Source: an uncultured Chloroflexia bacterium (GTDB lineage: Bacteria; Chloroflexota; Limnocylindria; Limnocylindrales; CSP1-4). Taken from it: a DNA stretch of 64,000 bases. The stretch is from contig CAVXDU010000003.1 of assembly GCA_963760625.1 (NCBI GenBank), forward strand, positions 22,127-86,126. The letters are read 5' to 3'. How positions within the stretch are numbered: position 1 is the first letter of the stretch; the number at the start of each line of letters is the position of its first letter. A program made the translations under genes and the position numbers. Below, one piece after another: positions 21,568 through 31,321 of the stretch. The notes beneath the pieces were generated by a model, which was given only the letters and a program-made list of their open reading frames with translations, made no database searches and was not told where the DNA came from.

Positions 21568-22512
21568 GTGGAGCGAGCGCCGGTCGGCCAGGGCAGCCCT
21601 ACCGGATGCCTCTCCCGTACCGCGATCGTCATCCGCAAGGGCGTACGCGATCACCTGCTCTGGTACCTGTTCCTGACGCCCGCGGTCGCGCTGATCGTGG
21701 GCTTCATGGTGGTCCCCATCCTGCAGTCGCTTTCCTTGGTGCTCTATCGCTGGAACGGGGTCAAGCCACGCCAATACGTCGGCCTCGACAACGTCGTCGC
21801 CCTCTTCGACGACCGCTTCTTCGTGGGAGCGCTGTCGCACACGTTCGCCTTCGCCATCGTGACGACCGCCGGGACCGTCGGCCTGGGGTTGCTGCTGGCC
21901 GTGGCCATCTCGCGCCAGGTGCCGGGCTCGTCGCTCTACCGCGTGCTCTTCTTCCTGCCCGTGATGGTGCCGATCACGGTGGTGGGGGCCCTGTGGGTGC
22001 GCCTCCTCGAGCCGAACTTCGGGCTCCTGAACACCGTCCTGCGCAGCGTCGGCCTGGATGGCGTGGCGAAGTCGTGGTTGGGCGACTCGAGCATCGCACT
22101 ATGGGTCCTGATCGGGGTCACGATCTGGCAGTACTCGGGCTTCCCGATGATCGTGCTGCTGGCGGCCATCGAGCAGATTCCCGACGAGGTGCATGAAGCT
22201 GTGACGCTCGACGGGGCGTCCGAGGCGCAGCGGCTTCGGCACATCACCCTGCCTCTCATCCGCCCCGTCCTCATCGGCATCTCCGTGTTGCAGGTCATCT
22301 TCTCGCTGAAGGTCTTCGACCTCGTCTGGGTCATGACGCGAGGCGGCCCAGGACAGAGCACCGACGTGCTGGGCACCTTCCTGTTCAACGAAGCGTTCTT
22401 CAGGGGCAAGTTCGGCTATGCGTCGGCGGTCGCCGTGGCCATGTTCGTGATCATCTTCGCGGTCACCTACGTCTACCAACGCATGGCCCGCGTCGAGGAT
22501 GTCGGGCTCTGA
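21568..22512 (+). CDS. Carbohydrate ABC permease (CUT1)
   Basis: EAA-loop-like HEAVTLDGAS; FDLVWVMTRGGPG. Confidence 0.92.
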   Translation: MERAPVGQGSPTGCLSRTAIVIRKGVRDHLLWYLFLTPAVALIVGFMVVPILQSLSLVLYRWNGVKPRQYVGLDNVVALFDDRFFVGALSHTFAFAIVTTAGTVGLGLLLAVAISRQVPGSSLYRVLFFLPVMVPITVVGALWVRLLEPNFGLLNTVLRSVGLDGVAKSWLGDSSIALWVLIGVTIWQYSGFPMIVLLAAIEQIPDEVHEAVTLDGASEAQRLRHITLPLIRPVLIGISVLQVIFSLKVFDLVWVMTRGGPGQSTDVLGTFLFNEAFFRGKFGYASAVAVAMFVIIFAVTYVYQRMARVEDVGL

Positions 22513-23404
22513 GCGGCGTGAGGTGGCCGCCATGACGCCCCCGGGCCGGATATGGGACATCTCGGTCGGGCGCGGCTTGCGCGTCCTCGTCATCGTCATG
22601 CTGGCAGTGTGGGCCGTCATCGAGCTCTATCCCGTCGTCTTCATGTTCAACGCCTCCTTGAAGGCGGACCCGGACATCCTGGGCAGCCCGTTCGCGCTGG
22701 CCATCCCACCCAGCGTTGAGAGCTACTTCAGGGTCTGGGCGGGCGACCAGACCGGGCAGCCCTACCTGGCCTACTTCCTCAACAGTTCGGTCATCCTTGT
22801 GGGCACCCTCGCCCTGCTGCTGTTCAGCGCGACACTGGCCGGCTACGCCCTGGCCAGAGGACGCTTCCCAGGCGGCCGGACGCTCCAATCGGCCATCCTC
22901 CTCTCGCTCGCCGTACCGGCGCACACGCTCCTCATCCCGCTCTACTTCTTCCTCGGTGGCTTCGGGCTGCGCAACAACCTCTTGGGCATGATCCTGGTGT
23001 ACACGACGCTAGGGCTGCCGCTCTCGGTCATCCTGGCCCGTGCCTACTTCCTGAGCTTCCCGGTCGAGCTCGAGGAGCAGGCTCAGATCGATGGCTGCTC
23101 GCGCGTGGGCGCCTTCGGGCGCATCGTGCTACCCATGTCGAAGGGCATCCTGGCCACCATTGCCATCGTCAACGTCACTTGGGTCTGGTCGGAGCTGTTC
23201 TTCGCCAACGCCCTGCTGTCCGACACGGACATGCAGACGCTGCCCATCGCCATCGCCTCGTACCGCCCTGCACTGATGGCGTCAAGCGCGCCCATCAGCC
23301 AGCATTTCGCGATCATGGCGCTCACCACCTTGCCTCTTCTCGTGTTCTATGTTCTCTTCCAGAAGAACATCCGCAAGGGCATCGCATCGGGCGCCTTGAA
23401 GTAG
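22499..23404 (+). CDS. Carbohydrate ABC permease (CUT1)
   Basis: ELEEQAQIDGCS; VLFQKNI. Confidence 0.92.
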   Translation: MSGSERREVAAMTPPGRIWDISVGRGLRVLVIVMLAVWAVIELYPVVFMFNASLKADPDILGSPFALAIPPSVESYFRVWAGDQTGQPYLAYFLNSSVILVGTLALLLFSATLAGYALARGRFPGGRTLQSAILLSLAVPAHTLLIPLYFFLGGFGLRNNLLGMILVYTTLGLPLSVILARAYFLSFPVELEEQAQIDGCSRVGAFGRIVLPMSKGILATIAIVNVTWVWSELFFANALLSDTDMQTLPIAIASYRPALMASSAPISQHFAIMALTTLPLLVFYVLFQKNIRKGIASGALK

Positions 23405-23433
23405 CAGCGCACCGCTGAGTCGCCGGGCCCAGG

Positions 23434-23467
23434 CCCGAACAGTTGCTCGACGTCCTCGAGCGTCATG
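23434..23467 (-). pseudogene. Integrase scar
   Basis: MTLEDVEQLFG vs MTLEDVKIMLGH of the 25042 remnant. Confidence 0.55.
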
Positions 23468-23503
23468 ACCCCGCATGGTGTCATCCGACTGGTCCTCGTC
23501 GTG

Positions 23504-24412
23504 CTACGCGCGCACGCCCGACAGCTTGGCTGGATCGGCCACGATGTCGATGGCGCGGATCCGCCCGCCCACGATCGCGATGGCGACTACCCCGATGACC
23601 CTCCCGGGCGGACCGACCACGATCCCGGCCCCGCCGTTCACCATGGCCGGGCGGCAGAGCGGCGCGAAGAATCGCGCATTCGACCGCAGGTACGCCGCCA
23701 CATGCTCTGCCCCTGACATCGGTGGTGGCGCCGCCTGCGGACGTCCGCCGGTGTCGATCCGCAGGACGACGTCCGGATCCAGGAGGATCAACAGGCGCCC
23801 GAGGTCGCCGTCACGGGAAGCGGCAAGGAACGCGTCCACGATGGGCCGCTGGACGGCGAGGTCGGCGTCGGGCTCCACCCCTGCGGCCCGCACCCGGCGA
23901 CGGGCACGGCTGGCCAGCTGTCTGCTGGCGGCCGGTGACCGGTCGACCATGGGGCCGATGACATCGAACGGGACACCGAAGACGTCATGGAGCACGAAGG
24001 CCAGGCGTTCTGCCGGGCTCAGGGTCTCGAACACGATGAGCAGGGCGATGCCGATCGTGTCGGCAAGGACCGTGGCCTCCTCGGGTGAGTCGTAGGCCAC
24101 GACGATGGGTTCGGGGAGGGAGAGTCTCGAACTGCCATCGTTGCGTGAACGACGGGCCCGTAGCCTGTCGAGGCAGATGCGCCCGGTGACGGTCGTGAGC
24201 CACGGTCGCAGTGCGGAGCGGTCCTCCGGCGGTCGTCGGTCCAGCCGCAGCCAGCACTCCTGGAGCGCATCCTCGGCCTCCGCCATCGACCCGAGCATCC
24301 GATAGGCCACACCCCGTAGATAGGGTCGATGCCGCTCGAACTCGTGGGCCAGTAGCGAACGAGCTACCTGGTCGTCGCCGGGATCGGCCGAAGGGTCATG
24401 GTCCATGTGCAT
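23504..24412 (-). CDS. ECF sigma factor with SnoaL-like extension (ECF41/SigJ type)
   Basis: AYRMLGSMAEAEDALQE, LPEP, FVLHDVFG, DTGG, DPAKL. Confidence 0.92.
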   Translation of the reverse strand: MHMDHDPSADPGDDQVARSLLAHEFERHRPYLRGVAYRMLGSMAEAEDALQECWLRLDRRPPEDRSALRPWLTTVTGRICLDRLRARRSRNDGSSRLSLPEPIVVAYDSPEEATVLADTIGIALLIVFETLSPAERLAFVLHDVFGVPFDVIGPMVDRSPAASRQLASRARRRVRAAGVEPDADLAVQRPIVDAFLAASRDGDLGRLLILLDPDVVLRIDTGGRPQAAPPPMSGAEHVAAYLRSNARFFAPLCRPAMVNGGAGIVVGPPGRVIGVVAIAIVGGRIRAIDIVADPAKLSGVRA

Positions 24413-24434
24413 CCCTATCACGAAGCGAACCGGC

Positions 24435-24463
24435 CACGATGTGACAGCGGTCGTCACATCGTG
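24435..24463. promoter_or_regulatory. Back-to-back ECF41-type promoters (inverted repeat CACGATGTGAC-N7-GTCACATCGTG)
   Basis: GTCACA -35 on both strands, each followed about 17 nt later by CGTG. Confidence 0.7.
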
Positions 24464-24532
24464 CCCGCTGACTACGTGTACCACACGGACGGCGCCGACA
24501 TCCCGGCACCGCCACCATCACGGAGTCGATCG

Positions 24533-25019
24533 ATGACCGAGATCCCCGACCACGCGCCCTTCCCGTGCTCCCCGCGTCGTGACCGCCTTCAATCCGCTCA
24601 TGCGCCGCCTCATGAGCGCTGGGATGCCCGCCGGACCGAACGTCCTCCTGACGGTCACCGGCCGTCGGACCGGCCTCGCACGCACGTTCCCGGTCGCGCT
24701 GATGCAGGTCGACGACCGGATGTTCGTCCAGTCGCCCTACGGCGAGGTGGACTGGGTCCGGAACCTACGCGTCGCGGGCCGTGCCACGCTGATCCGGCAT
24801 CACCGCGAGACGCCGGTGGATGCCGTCGAACTCACGCCCCAGGCGGGCGGTCCGGTCCTGCGGCAGGCACTGGCGCCGTACCGCAGGAACCGGCTCGTCG
24901 CCCGCTTCGCGCAGGTCTTCGTACCGCTGGGCCCTGACGCCTCGCTCGACGACCACGTCCGTCACGTCCAGGGCCATCCGATGTTCGAACTGCTTCCCCG
25001 TCAGGATCGGGACCGGTGA
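24533..25019 (+). CDS. F420H2-dependent nitroreductase/quinone reductase (Ddn-like); frameshift ~24570
   Basis: LLTVTGRRTG..R, DWVRNLR..G, HPMFEL. Confidence 0.82.
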
Positions 25020-25041
25020 GGCATCGGGATCGCGGGCGATC

Positions 25042-25185
25042 CTACCAGCCGAGCACCGCGTCCATTGCCCCTGCCACTTGTCGTTGGCGCTCGTCGAGTA
25101 CGTGCCCGTAGGTGTTGGAGGTCAGCACGATCGTGCTGTGGCCGAGCATGATCTTGACATCCTCGAGCGTCATCCCGCTGGAGAG
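25042..25185 (-). pseudogene. Tyrosine integrase C-terminal remnant
   Basis: SGMTLEDVKIMLGHSTIVLTSNTYGHVLDERQRQVAGAMDAVLGW*. Confidence 0.88.
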
Positions 25186-25342
25186 TTCCCGATCCGGGAC
25201 AGGGCTGCTCGCCGCGTTCGAGGCGCACGCATATCCCAACGACGTCGGTCCCGGGGTGTTCGACGAGCACTCTCGCGGGACCCTGGCGTCGACGCCATGG
25301 TCTCGCATCTCGTGGCTGCGCAGCGCCATCTGTCCGCCGACC

Positions 25343-25390
25343 GGACTCTTGATCCTCGTGTCCTGGGTTCGAATCCCAGCCGGCTCACCA
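25343..25390 (+). tRNA. 3' half of tRNA-Lys(CTT), att-like fragment, not a full gene
   Basis: gga-ctCTTga-tcc, T-arm ctggg-TTCGAAT-cccag, ends CGGCTCACCA; no D-arm or 5' acceptor strand. Confidence 0.78.
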
Positions 25391-25638
25391 GCTTCAAGCG
25401 TGCATATGACGATTGAGACCTGGTTATCGTCATCGACTGCGCGTATCGGCCGGGCGGTTCTCGACCTTTGGCCTGCGATGACGGTCCGGATGGCAGTGCG
25501 ATCCACCCACGCGCGAGCTCGATAATCCGAATGGGAGGACTGTCCCGAGCGCAGGGCCGACGGCTGGGCGACGGTCGACCGATCGCTCGCCGCCGACGGC
25601 AACATCGTTGCAGCAAGATGCCGAGAACGGAGTTCACG

Positions 25639-26388
25639 ATGGATCCAACCCGAAGGATCGCCGTCGCCACCGGAGTGTTGCTGATCGTCGCGACTGTCGC
25701 GAGTCTTCTGGGGACGGCGGTCACACCTGCCCTCACCGGCGCGGACTACCTCACCGGCTTGTCCGCGAATGCGAACCAGGCGACCGCCGGAGCACTGCTC
25801 TTTCTCATCGCGGCCTTCGCCAGTGGCAGCATCGCCGTCGCGATGTATCCGGTCCTGAAGGGGCTGAACAGCGGCCTGGCCTTGGGATCCGTGGTCTTCA
25901 GGACCATCGAGGCGGTCATGTACACGGCTGGCGTCGTGATCCTGCTGTCGTTGCTGACACTCGGCCAGGAGTTCGCGGCATCAGGGGCTGCCGAACGTGC
26001 CTCGCTCCAGGTCGTCGGCGATGCGTTGTTGAGCGTGCGCCAACACGCCACCCTCGCGTCGGTGTTCGCGTTCAGCCTGGGTGCCTTCCTGTACTACTAC
26101 CTGTTCTTTCAGACGCGACTGGTTCCGCGATGGCTGTCGGGCTGGGGCATCGCCGCGATCGTCGTTGCGATGGCGGCTTGCCTCATGGCCCTATTCAGCG
26201 ACAGTCCCGTGACCGGGTACGCGCTCCTGATGCTTCCCATCGCGTTGCAGGAGATGGTTCTCGCGGTGTGGTTGATCTTCAAGGGATTCAGTCCCGCTCA
26301 CCTTCCATCCGCGACTGCTCCCCGGGCACGCGATCCCGGCGCGCGGACCTCTGGCCGACCTCTCTCGTCCGCTGGAGGTACATCCTGA
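25639..26388 (+). CDS. DUF4386 family membrane protein
   Basis: FRTIEA, LVPRWLSGWG, QEMVLAVWLIFKGF. Confidence 0.85.
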   Translation: MDPTRRIAVATGVLLIVATVASLLGTAVTPALTGADYLTGLSANANQATAGALLFLIAAFASGSIAVAMYPVLKGLNSGLALGSVVFRTIEAVMYTAGVVILLSLLTLGQEFAASGAAERASLQVVGDALLSVRQHATLASVFAFSLGAFLYYYLFFQTRLVPRWLSGWGIAAIVVAMAACLMALFSDSPVTGYALLMLPIALQEMVLAVWLIFKGFSPAHLPSATAPRARDPGARTSGRPLSSAGGTS

Positions 26389-26419
26389 ACCGGGTCGTTG
26401 ACCTCTCGGGAGGTGACCT

Positions 26420-26536
26420 CACCCTCCCAGCACCGCGTCCACGCCACGTGCCACTTCGCGTTTGCGCTGTTCCAGCACGTGCCCGTGAGTGTTGGACGTC
26501 AGCACGATGGTGCTGTGACCCAGCAGGTTCTTCACA
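26420..26536 (-). pseudogene. Tyrosine integrase C-terminal remnant
   Basis: VKNLLGHSTIVLTSNTHGHVLEQRKREVARGVDAVLG. Confidence 0.88.
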
Positions 26537-26597
26537 TAGGTCTGGCCGGGATCTTGCGTGGGGGGTCGGCCCGGCCCGATCCTGCGGTCGAGTCGGA

Positions 26598-27146
26598 TCA
26601 GGGCGTAGCAGCGAGCAGCTGCTCGGCCACCTGCTCGAACGCTTCGAGACTCCGATCAGCGCGACTGATGACAACTGATCCCTCGCTCGCCGCGATCACG
26701 GTCGTCGCGTGCCGGGCCGCCGTAGCCGCATCCATACCGCCGAGCTGATAGAGCTCGGCGAGTCGTGCGCGCCAGGCCCTGAAGATCTCCGCCGCGTGCC
26801 CCAGCAGGTCGGGGGAGTCGGTCGCCACGGTGACCGCCAGGACGGCGCACCCTGCCCGGAGGTCCGAGCGCACGAGGACCTCCCGCCAGAGCTCGAGGAA
26901 GAAGCGGGTCACCTCCCTGGGTGGCGAGCCACGGACCGCCTCGAGGACCCCCAGCGCACGCTCGCCGGCGAGCTCGATGGCGGCGTCCACGAGCGCGTCC
27001 TTGCCGTCCGGGAAGTGGTGGTAGATCGATCCGCGGGGGGCGCCGGAGCGCTCCAGGACGTCGCTGAACGACGTGCCCTGCAGACCCCGGGTGGCCAGCA
27101 GGGTCACGGCGCTCTCGATCATCCGCTGGCGGGCGTCGCTCGGCAC
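26598..27146 (-). CDS. TetR family regulator (LmrA-like)
   Basis: SGAPRGSIYHHFPDGK. Confidence 0.92.
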   Translation of the reverse strand: MPSDARQRMIESAVTLLATRGLQGTSFSDVLERSGAPRGSIYHHFPDGKDALVDAAIELAGERALGVLEAVRGSPPREVTRFFLELWREVLVRSDLRAGCAVLAVTVATDSPDLLGHAAEIFRAWRARLAELYQLGGMDAATAARHATTVIAASEGSVVISRADRSLEAFEQVAEQLLAATP

Positions 27147-27167
27147 CGGTCGTCCATCCTCCGCTTG

Positions 27168-27215
27168 ACTATGACGCTCGTCATAGTGGATGCTTGTCTA
27201 TGACGACCAGCATAG
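27168..27215. promoter_or_regulatory. Two probable TetR operators
   Basis: ACTATGACG-CT-CGTCATAGT (27168-27187) and CTATGACGACCAGCATAG (27198-27215). Confidence 0.72.
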
Positions 27216-27232
27216 TCAGGAGGACCCATCTC

Positions 27233-27664
27233 ATGCCGATGATCGACATCTACGCGACGGCGGGCACCTTTCACGACCCGCACGCGCTCGCAACGTCTGC
27301 GGCGACGACCCTGATGCGCATCGAGGAGGTCCCCGAGATCCCCATGTTCCGCGAGAACACGGCGGCGTTCGTCCACGATCTTGCCGCCGGTGCCATCTCG
27401 GACGTCAACGGTGACGGCGCCCATGTCCGCGTCCAGGTCCTGACGAACGCCGGTGCCCTCGATCGGACCAAGCAACTCGCCGTCGTGGAGCAGCTGACGG
27501 CGCTCATCGCGGACGCCGCCGGCGATGCCACGCTGGCACGCCGGACGTGGGTCCTCCTCACCGAGGCGGCTCCGGGCGGGTGGGGTCTCTGGGGCCACGC
27601 AAACACGAACGAGGAGCTTGTGGCGGCGGCTCGAGCCGAGATCGCGTCCCTTCAGCGCGGCTGA
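27233..27664 (+). CDS. Tautomerase superfamily protein
   Basis: N-terminal Pro (MPMIDIY); GGWG motif. Confidence 0.82.
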   Translation: MPMIDIYATAGTFHDPHALATSAATTLMRIEEVPEIPMFRENTAAFVHDLAAGAISDVNGDGAHVRVQVLTNAGALDRTKQLAVVEQLTALIADAAGDATLARRTWVLLTEAAPGGWGLWGHANTNEELVAAARAEIASLQRG

Positions 27665-27691
27665 CACCGGGAAGTTCGCCGGTGCCTCGTT

Positions 27692-27716
27692 TGTTCGAGG
27701 TCAGCGTGGTGGAGCT
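27692..27716 (-). pseudogene. 25-bp integrase scar
   Basis: 24/25 identical to 10976-11000 (SSITLTSN codons). Confidence 0.6.
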
Positions 27717-27804
27717 CCACGCGTTCCCCGCTGCGGGTCCTTCGCCGCTGACCGGTGCACCGATGCGGATGGACGGTCACTTGCCCGGACTACTCGCGAA
27801 CCGA

Positions 27805-28182
27805 TCAGCGCGGGGCGACGATGACGTACAGCATGAGCACCACCGCTCCGACCACGACCGCGCCCGTGAGCACGAGATGAGCGAGTACGGCGGGTCGGTA
27901 GGTTTGCGTGTCGATCTCACGCTCAGTCCGAACGAACCGGTAGGCGCCAACCACGGATGTCGCGGCTCCAAGTGCGATGAGCACCAACCCAAGGACCGAT
28001 CCGACTACGGTCGAGCCCGCGGGACCGAGCGCGAAGCGGTCCACCAGGAAGCCTATCCCGACCACCGCCAACGCTGTGCGCTGCCAGGCGAGGAGCGTGC
28101 GCTCGTTGGCGAGATGATCACGAACTGCCGCCTCAGTTGGCGAGCGATCATCAGATGAGCGATCGGTGCCACTCGGCGTCAT
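27805..28182 (-). CDS. DUF202 (YidH) membrane protein
   Basis: RDHLANERTLLAWQRT. Confidence 0.9.
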   Translation of the reverse strand: MTPSGTDRSSDDRSPTEAAVRDHLANERTLLAWQRTALAVVGIGFLVDRFALGPAGSTVVGSVLGLVLIALGAATSVVGAYRFVRTEREIDTQTYRPAVLAHLVLTGAVVVGAVVLMLYVIVAPR

Positions 28183-28237
28183 CGTCGCATCGTCTCATGG
28201 CTCTGGTCGTGATGGTCGCCTGCTGGCCCCGAGACCG

Positions 28238-28486
28238 TCAGACCTCCATCGTGAGTTCGTGGATCTCGGCGGGCGGGATGCCGTTGCGGGTGTGGATGCG
28301 CTGGATCGCCTCGGCGCTCGGGGCCTCGGAGAGGCAGAAGACCTTGCCGCTCACCGGATCGGCCCATGCGTGCTGGAAGTCGACACCCTCCTCGGCCTGG
28401 ATCGCGAGGTCGCTCTGGTGGGCGGCGAGCAGCGCCTCGGGCGTGATGCCGACCATGCCATCGTGGACGTCCATGAACTTCGCCAT
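28238..28486 (-). CDS. DUF4242 / SCO4226-like nickel-binding protein
   Basis: FMDVH..AH..DL..Q...GKVFCLSEAPSAEAI..IH. Confidence 0.88.
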   Translation of the reverse strand: MAKFMDVHDGMVGITPEALLAAHQSDLAIQAEEGVDFQHAWADPVSGKVFCLSEAPSAEAIQRIHTRNGIPPAEIHELTMEV

Positions 28487-28759
28487 GTCGAGGATCCTCC
28501 TGGGTGTCACTGCCCTACCGTGTGAGGTCGGTCTCGCCATCGCCCAGCGCGGCGTGGTGGCGACCGACCGTTGGGCGCCGCACTGGTGGGACCCCTAGGG
28601 CCCCGTGCCGCTCCCTGCCCCACGGAGTCTGCTCCAACAAGCGGGTGATGGATAGATGCGGATCGAGCGCTGCGGGCGAGAACCGGGCCGAGCGACCCGG
28701 CCATGCGGTTATTGCCCGGCCCCAAGGCCAGGTCGTTGGCCTGCTGACCGTGGACCTGA

Positions 28760-28789
28760 AGTGCCGACCGCGCTGACGGCCACGCCGGT
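28760..28789 (+). repeat. att-arm-like motif (degenerate)
   Basis: agtgccgaccgc-GCTGACGGCCAC-gccggt. Confidence 0.55.
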
Positions 28790-28912
28790 GGTATCGTGCG
28801 GACGCCATGGAGCCGATGGACGAGTGAGTCCACCCGCGTTCGAGTTCACCCTGGGTCGTGGCCGGCAGCGGACGAGATCGTCGGTGAACCGGGTCGGTTC
28901 GATGATTGCGCC

Positions 28913-30244
28913 ATGACCCCAGCGCACACGCGGCGACCCGCCCCCGTGGGCGATGAGTTGATACGTCGGGCGATCGGCGTCGCCCGTCGGGCCCGCGACC
29001 ATGGCAACCATCCGTTCGGCGCGCTGATCAGCGATGCTGCCGGTATGGTGCGACTCGAGGCCGAGAACACGGTCGTCACAACAGCTGACTGCACCGGCCA
29101 CGCGGAGATGAACGCGATTCGTCAAGCGTGCGCTACCCTCGACCCTGACGTCCTCGCCACGGCCACCCTCTACACCAGCACCGAGCCCTGCGCCATGTGC
29201 GCCGGTGCGATCTACTGGGCCGGCGTCTCGCGCGTGGTGTTCGGGTTGCGGGAAGAGGAGCTTCGGGTGCTGACCGGCGTCGATCCCGGGAACCCCACGT
29301 TGGCGCTGCCGTGCCGCGAGGTCTTCGCGCGTGGCCAGCGCCCCATCGACGTCATCGGACCACTGCTCGAGGACGAGGCCCGTGCGGTCCACGAGGGCTT
29401 TTGGTCTGGACGAACGAACGCGACTCGCGCGGTGGGATCGTTGGTCTCCGGGCCGACCGAGGTGGAGCCCGGTCGGCGCCTGTATGCCTCGGACCTCGAG
29501 CGGCGGCTCCTCGATGGCGTGGGGGTGGGACCAGGCGAGACGGTGCTCGAGCTGGCCTCCGGGTTCGGTGCACTCGGTCTGCGTCTCGCGGAACGGGTCC
29601 GACCGGGCGGCCGGACGATCTGCTCCGACATCCGCCCCGAGCGCGTGGATGCCATCGGCCGACGTGTCGAAGAGACCGGCGCCGAGGATATCGACGTCCG
29701 TGTACTGGACATGCTTCGCCTCGAGCTGCCGGACGCGAGCGTCGATGGCATCGTGTGCCGCTGGGGCTTCATGTTCCCGCTGCCGCCGGAGCAGGCGTTC
29801 GCCGAAGCACACCGGGTGCTCCGGCCCGGGCATCGCCTCGTCCTCGCGGCCTGGGCGGATCCAAGCCGGAACCCGTGGATCTCGCTCGTCGATGACGCGC
29901 TCCGCGATGAGGGTCACCCGCTACCGGTTGATCGCCGATCACCTGGTCGGATGTTCTCGCTGGCGAACCCGGCTCGCCTGCGGGCGCTGATGACCGCCGC
30001 AGGATTCGACGGCGTCGTGGTGGACGAGGTCCCGCTCGAGTGGGGATACGACGACTTCGATGCCTACTGGGAGGAGGAGGGACTCATACCCGGGCCCTTC
30101 GAGGATTACCTGCGCGCGCTCCCGCCGGCCTCGTCAGGGGCGATCCGGGAGCGGCTCCGAGCGTCGCTCGAGCCCTGGACACAGCCCGCCGGTGGCTACA
30201 AGATCGCGGGTGTAACGATGGTGGCGGCCGGTCGGCGGTCCTGA
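28913..30244 (+). CDS. Nucleoside deaminase fused in frame to a class I SAM methyltransferase
   Basis: HAE...EPCAMC zinc motif, then VLELASGFG SAM-binding motif. Confidence 0.8.
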   Translation: MTPAHTRRPAPVGDELIRRAIGVARRARDHGNHPFGALISDAAGMVRLEAENTVVTTADCTGHAEMNAIRQACATLDPDVLATATLYTSTEPCAMCAGAIYWAGVSRVVFGLREEELRVLTGVDPGNPTLALPCREVFARGQRPIDVIGPLLEDEARAVHEGFWSGRTNATRAVGSLVSGPTEVEPGRRLYASDLERRLLDGVGVGPGETVLELASGFGALGLRLAERVRPGGRTICSDIRPERVDAIGRRVEETGAEDIDVRVLDMLRLELPDASVDGIVCRWGFMFPLPPEQAFAEAHRVLRPGHRLVLAAWADPSRNPWISLVDDALRDEGHPLPVDRRSPGRMFSLANPARLRALMTAAGFDGVVVDEVPLEWGYDDFDAYWEEEGLIPGPFEDYLRALPPASSGAIRERLRASLEPWTQPAGGYKIAGVTMVAAGRRS

Positions 30245-30296
30245 ACATCCAAGGGTCCCGGCCTGTCTCTGCGTGGTCGCTTTGCGGCAGGCGCCT

Positions 30297-30326
30297 CGTG
30301 ACAGCCACAGTGACGGCCACGGCGGT
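30297..30326 (+). repeat. att-arm-like tandem 12-mer
   Basis: CGTGACAGCCAC-AGTGACGGCCAC-GGCGGT. Confidence 0.7.
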
Positions 30327-30436
30327 GATCCGCGGTGGGTCTGGATGAATCGTGTGGACCAGCGGAACGAGGCAACGCCACGCGGCCCGCTGGGAGAGGA
30401 TGCAAAGATCGCGGATGGATCGTCGCGCCGGAGACC

Positions 30437-31033
30437 TCAGCCGTTCGCGGCGCTGACCTTGTAGGTCACGGTCGCGCCGTGGAGGCCGTTGTCCGGGTTG
30501 ACCCCATCCTCCGCGTTCCCTTGGCCTTCCAGCTTGCACTGGAGCCAGTACCCGTACCGGGCCTGGTTCACGGTGGCGTGCTGGATGCTCGAGTCGGCGA
30601 CCCGAACGGGGTTGTAGGACGCGATCGCCGATGTCGGCAGCTGCGCCAGCTCCTGGTATGCACCGGCTGACCTTGCACGCAGGTCCGACCGGAACAATCC
30701 GCAATACCGCAAATCGGTCCCGGGATCGGTGTCGATGTATGTGAACTCCACCTTGGTCACCACCGCCCCGTTGGGCAGGTCCGGTCGGCAGGTGACAAAG
30801 CCGTCGCCGGTGGAGAAGCCGCGCATGACGTAGCCATCGCGGACCCTGGTGACGAGGCCTGAATCCACCGGGTGGAAGTCGTAGGCCGAACAGCTCGTCG
30901 TCCGGGTCTGGATGGCCGCTGCAGCGGTATGCGGCCGCCCGATTGCCACCACCGGCCCTATCAGCAGGGCTGCAGCCACGGCAACGACCGTCGCCCAGAC
31001 GATCGAACGCAGGGTCAGACGCACGACCACCAT
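30437..31033 (-). CDS. Secreted hypothetical protein
   Basis: Signal peptide; beta-rich with 4 Cys (LPNGAVVTKVEF). Confidence 0.7.
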   Translation of the reverse strand: MVVVRLTLRSIVWATVVAVAAALLIGPVVAIGRPHTAAAAIQTRTTSCSAYDFHPVDSGLVTRVRDGYVMRGFSTGDGFVTCRPDLPNGAVVTKVEFTYIDTDPGTDLRYCGLFRSDLRARSAGAYQELAQLPTSAIASYNPVRVADSSIQHATVNQARYGYWLQCKLEGQGNAEDGVNPDNGLHGATVTYKVSAANG

Positions 31034-31321
31034 CACCACACTCCTCGCCTCCCGCCGACCGCGAAGGGCTGCGGTCGCGACGGTTGGTCGGCGGAGTGTG
31101 CTGCGTGGACGTGACGACCGCAAGCCCTCGCCACACCGGCCCGCCGCAGCTCCGCGTTCTGGCTGACGTGGGGTCTGGGCGCTCGTGACCCCGGCGACCG
31201 GAACTGTTGAGACCGGCGGTGGACAAGGCTCGTACCGTTGTCAGGCGATCCTCAGGGCCGACGCCTACGGTACGGTCAGGACGCGTGACGGACAGACGTG
31301 ACCCGAGCACGGGGCTGACCG

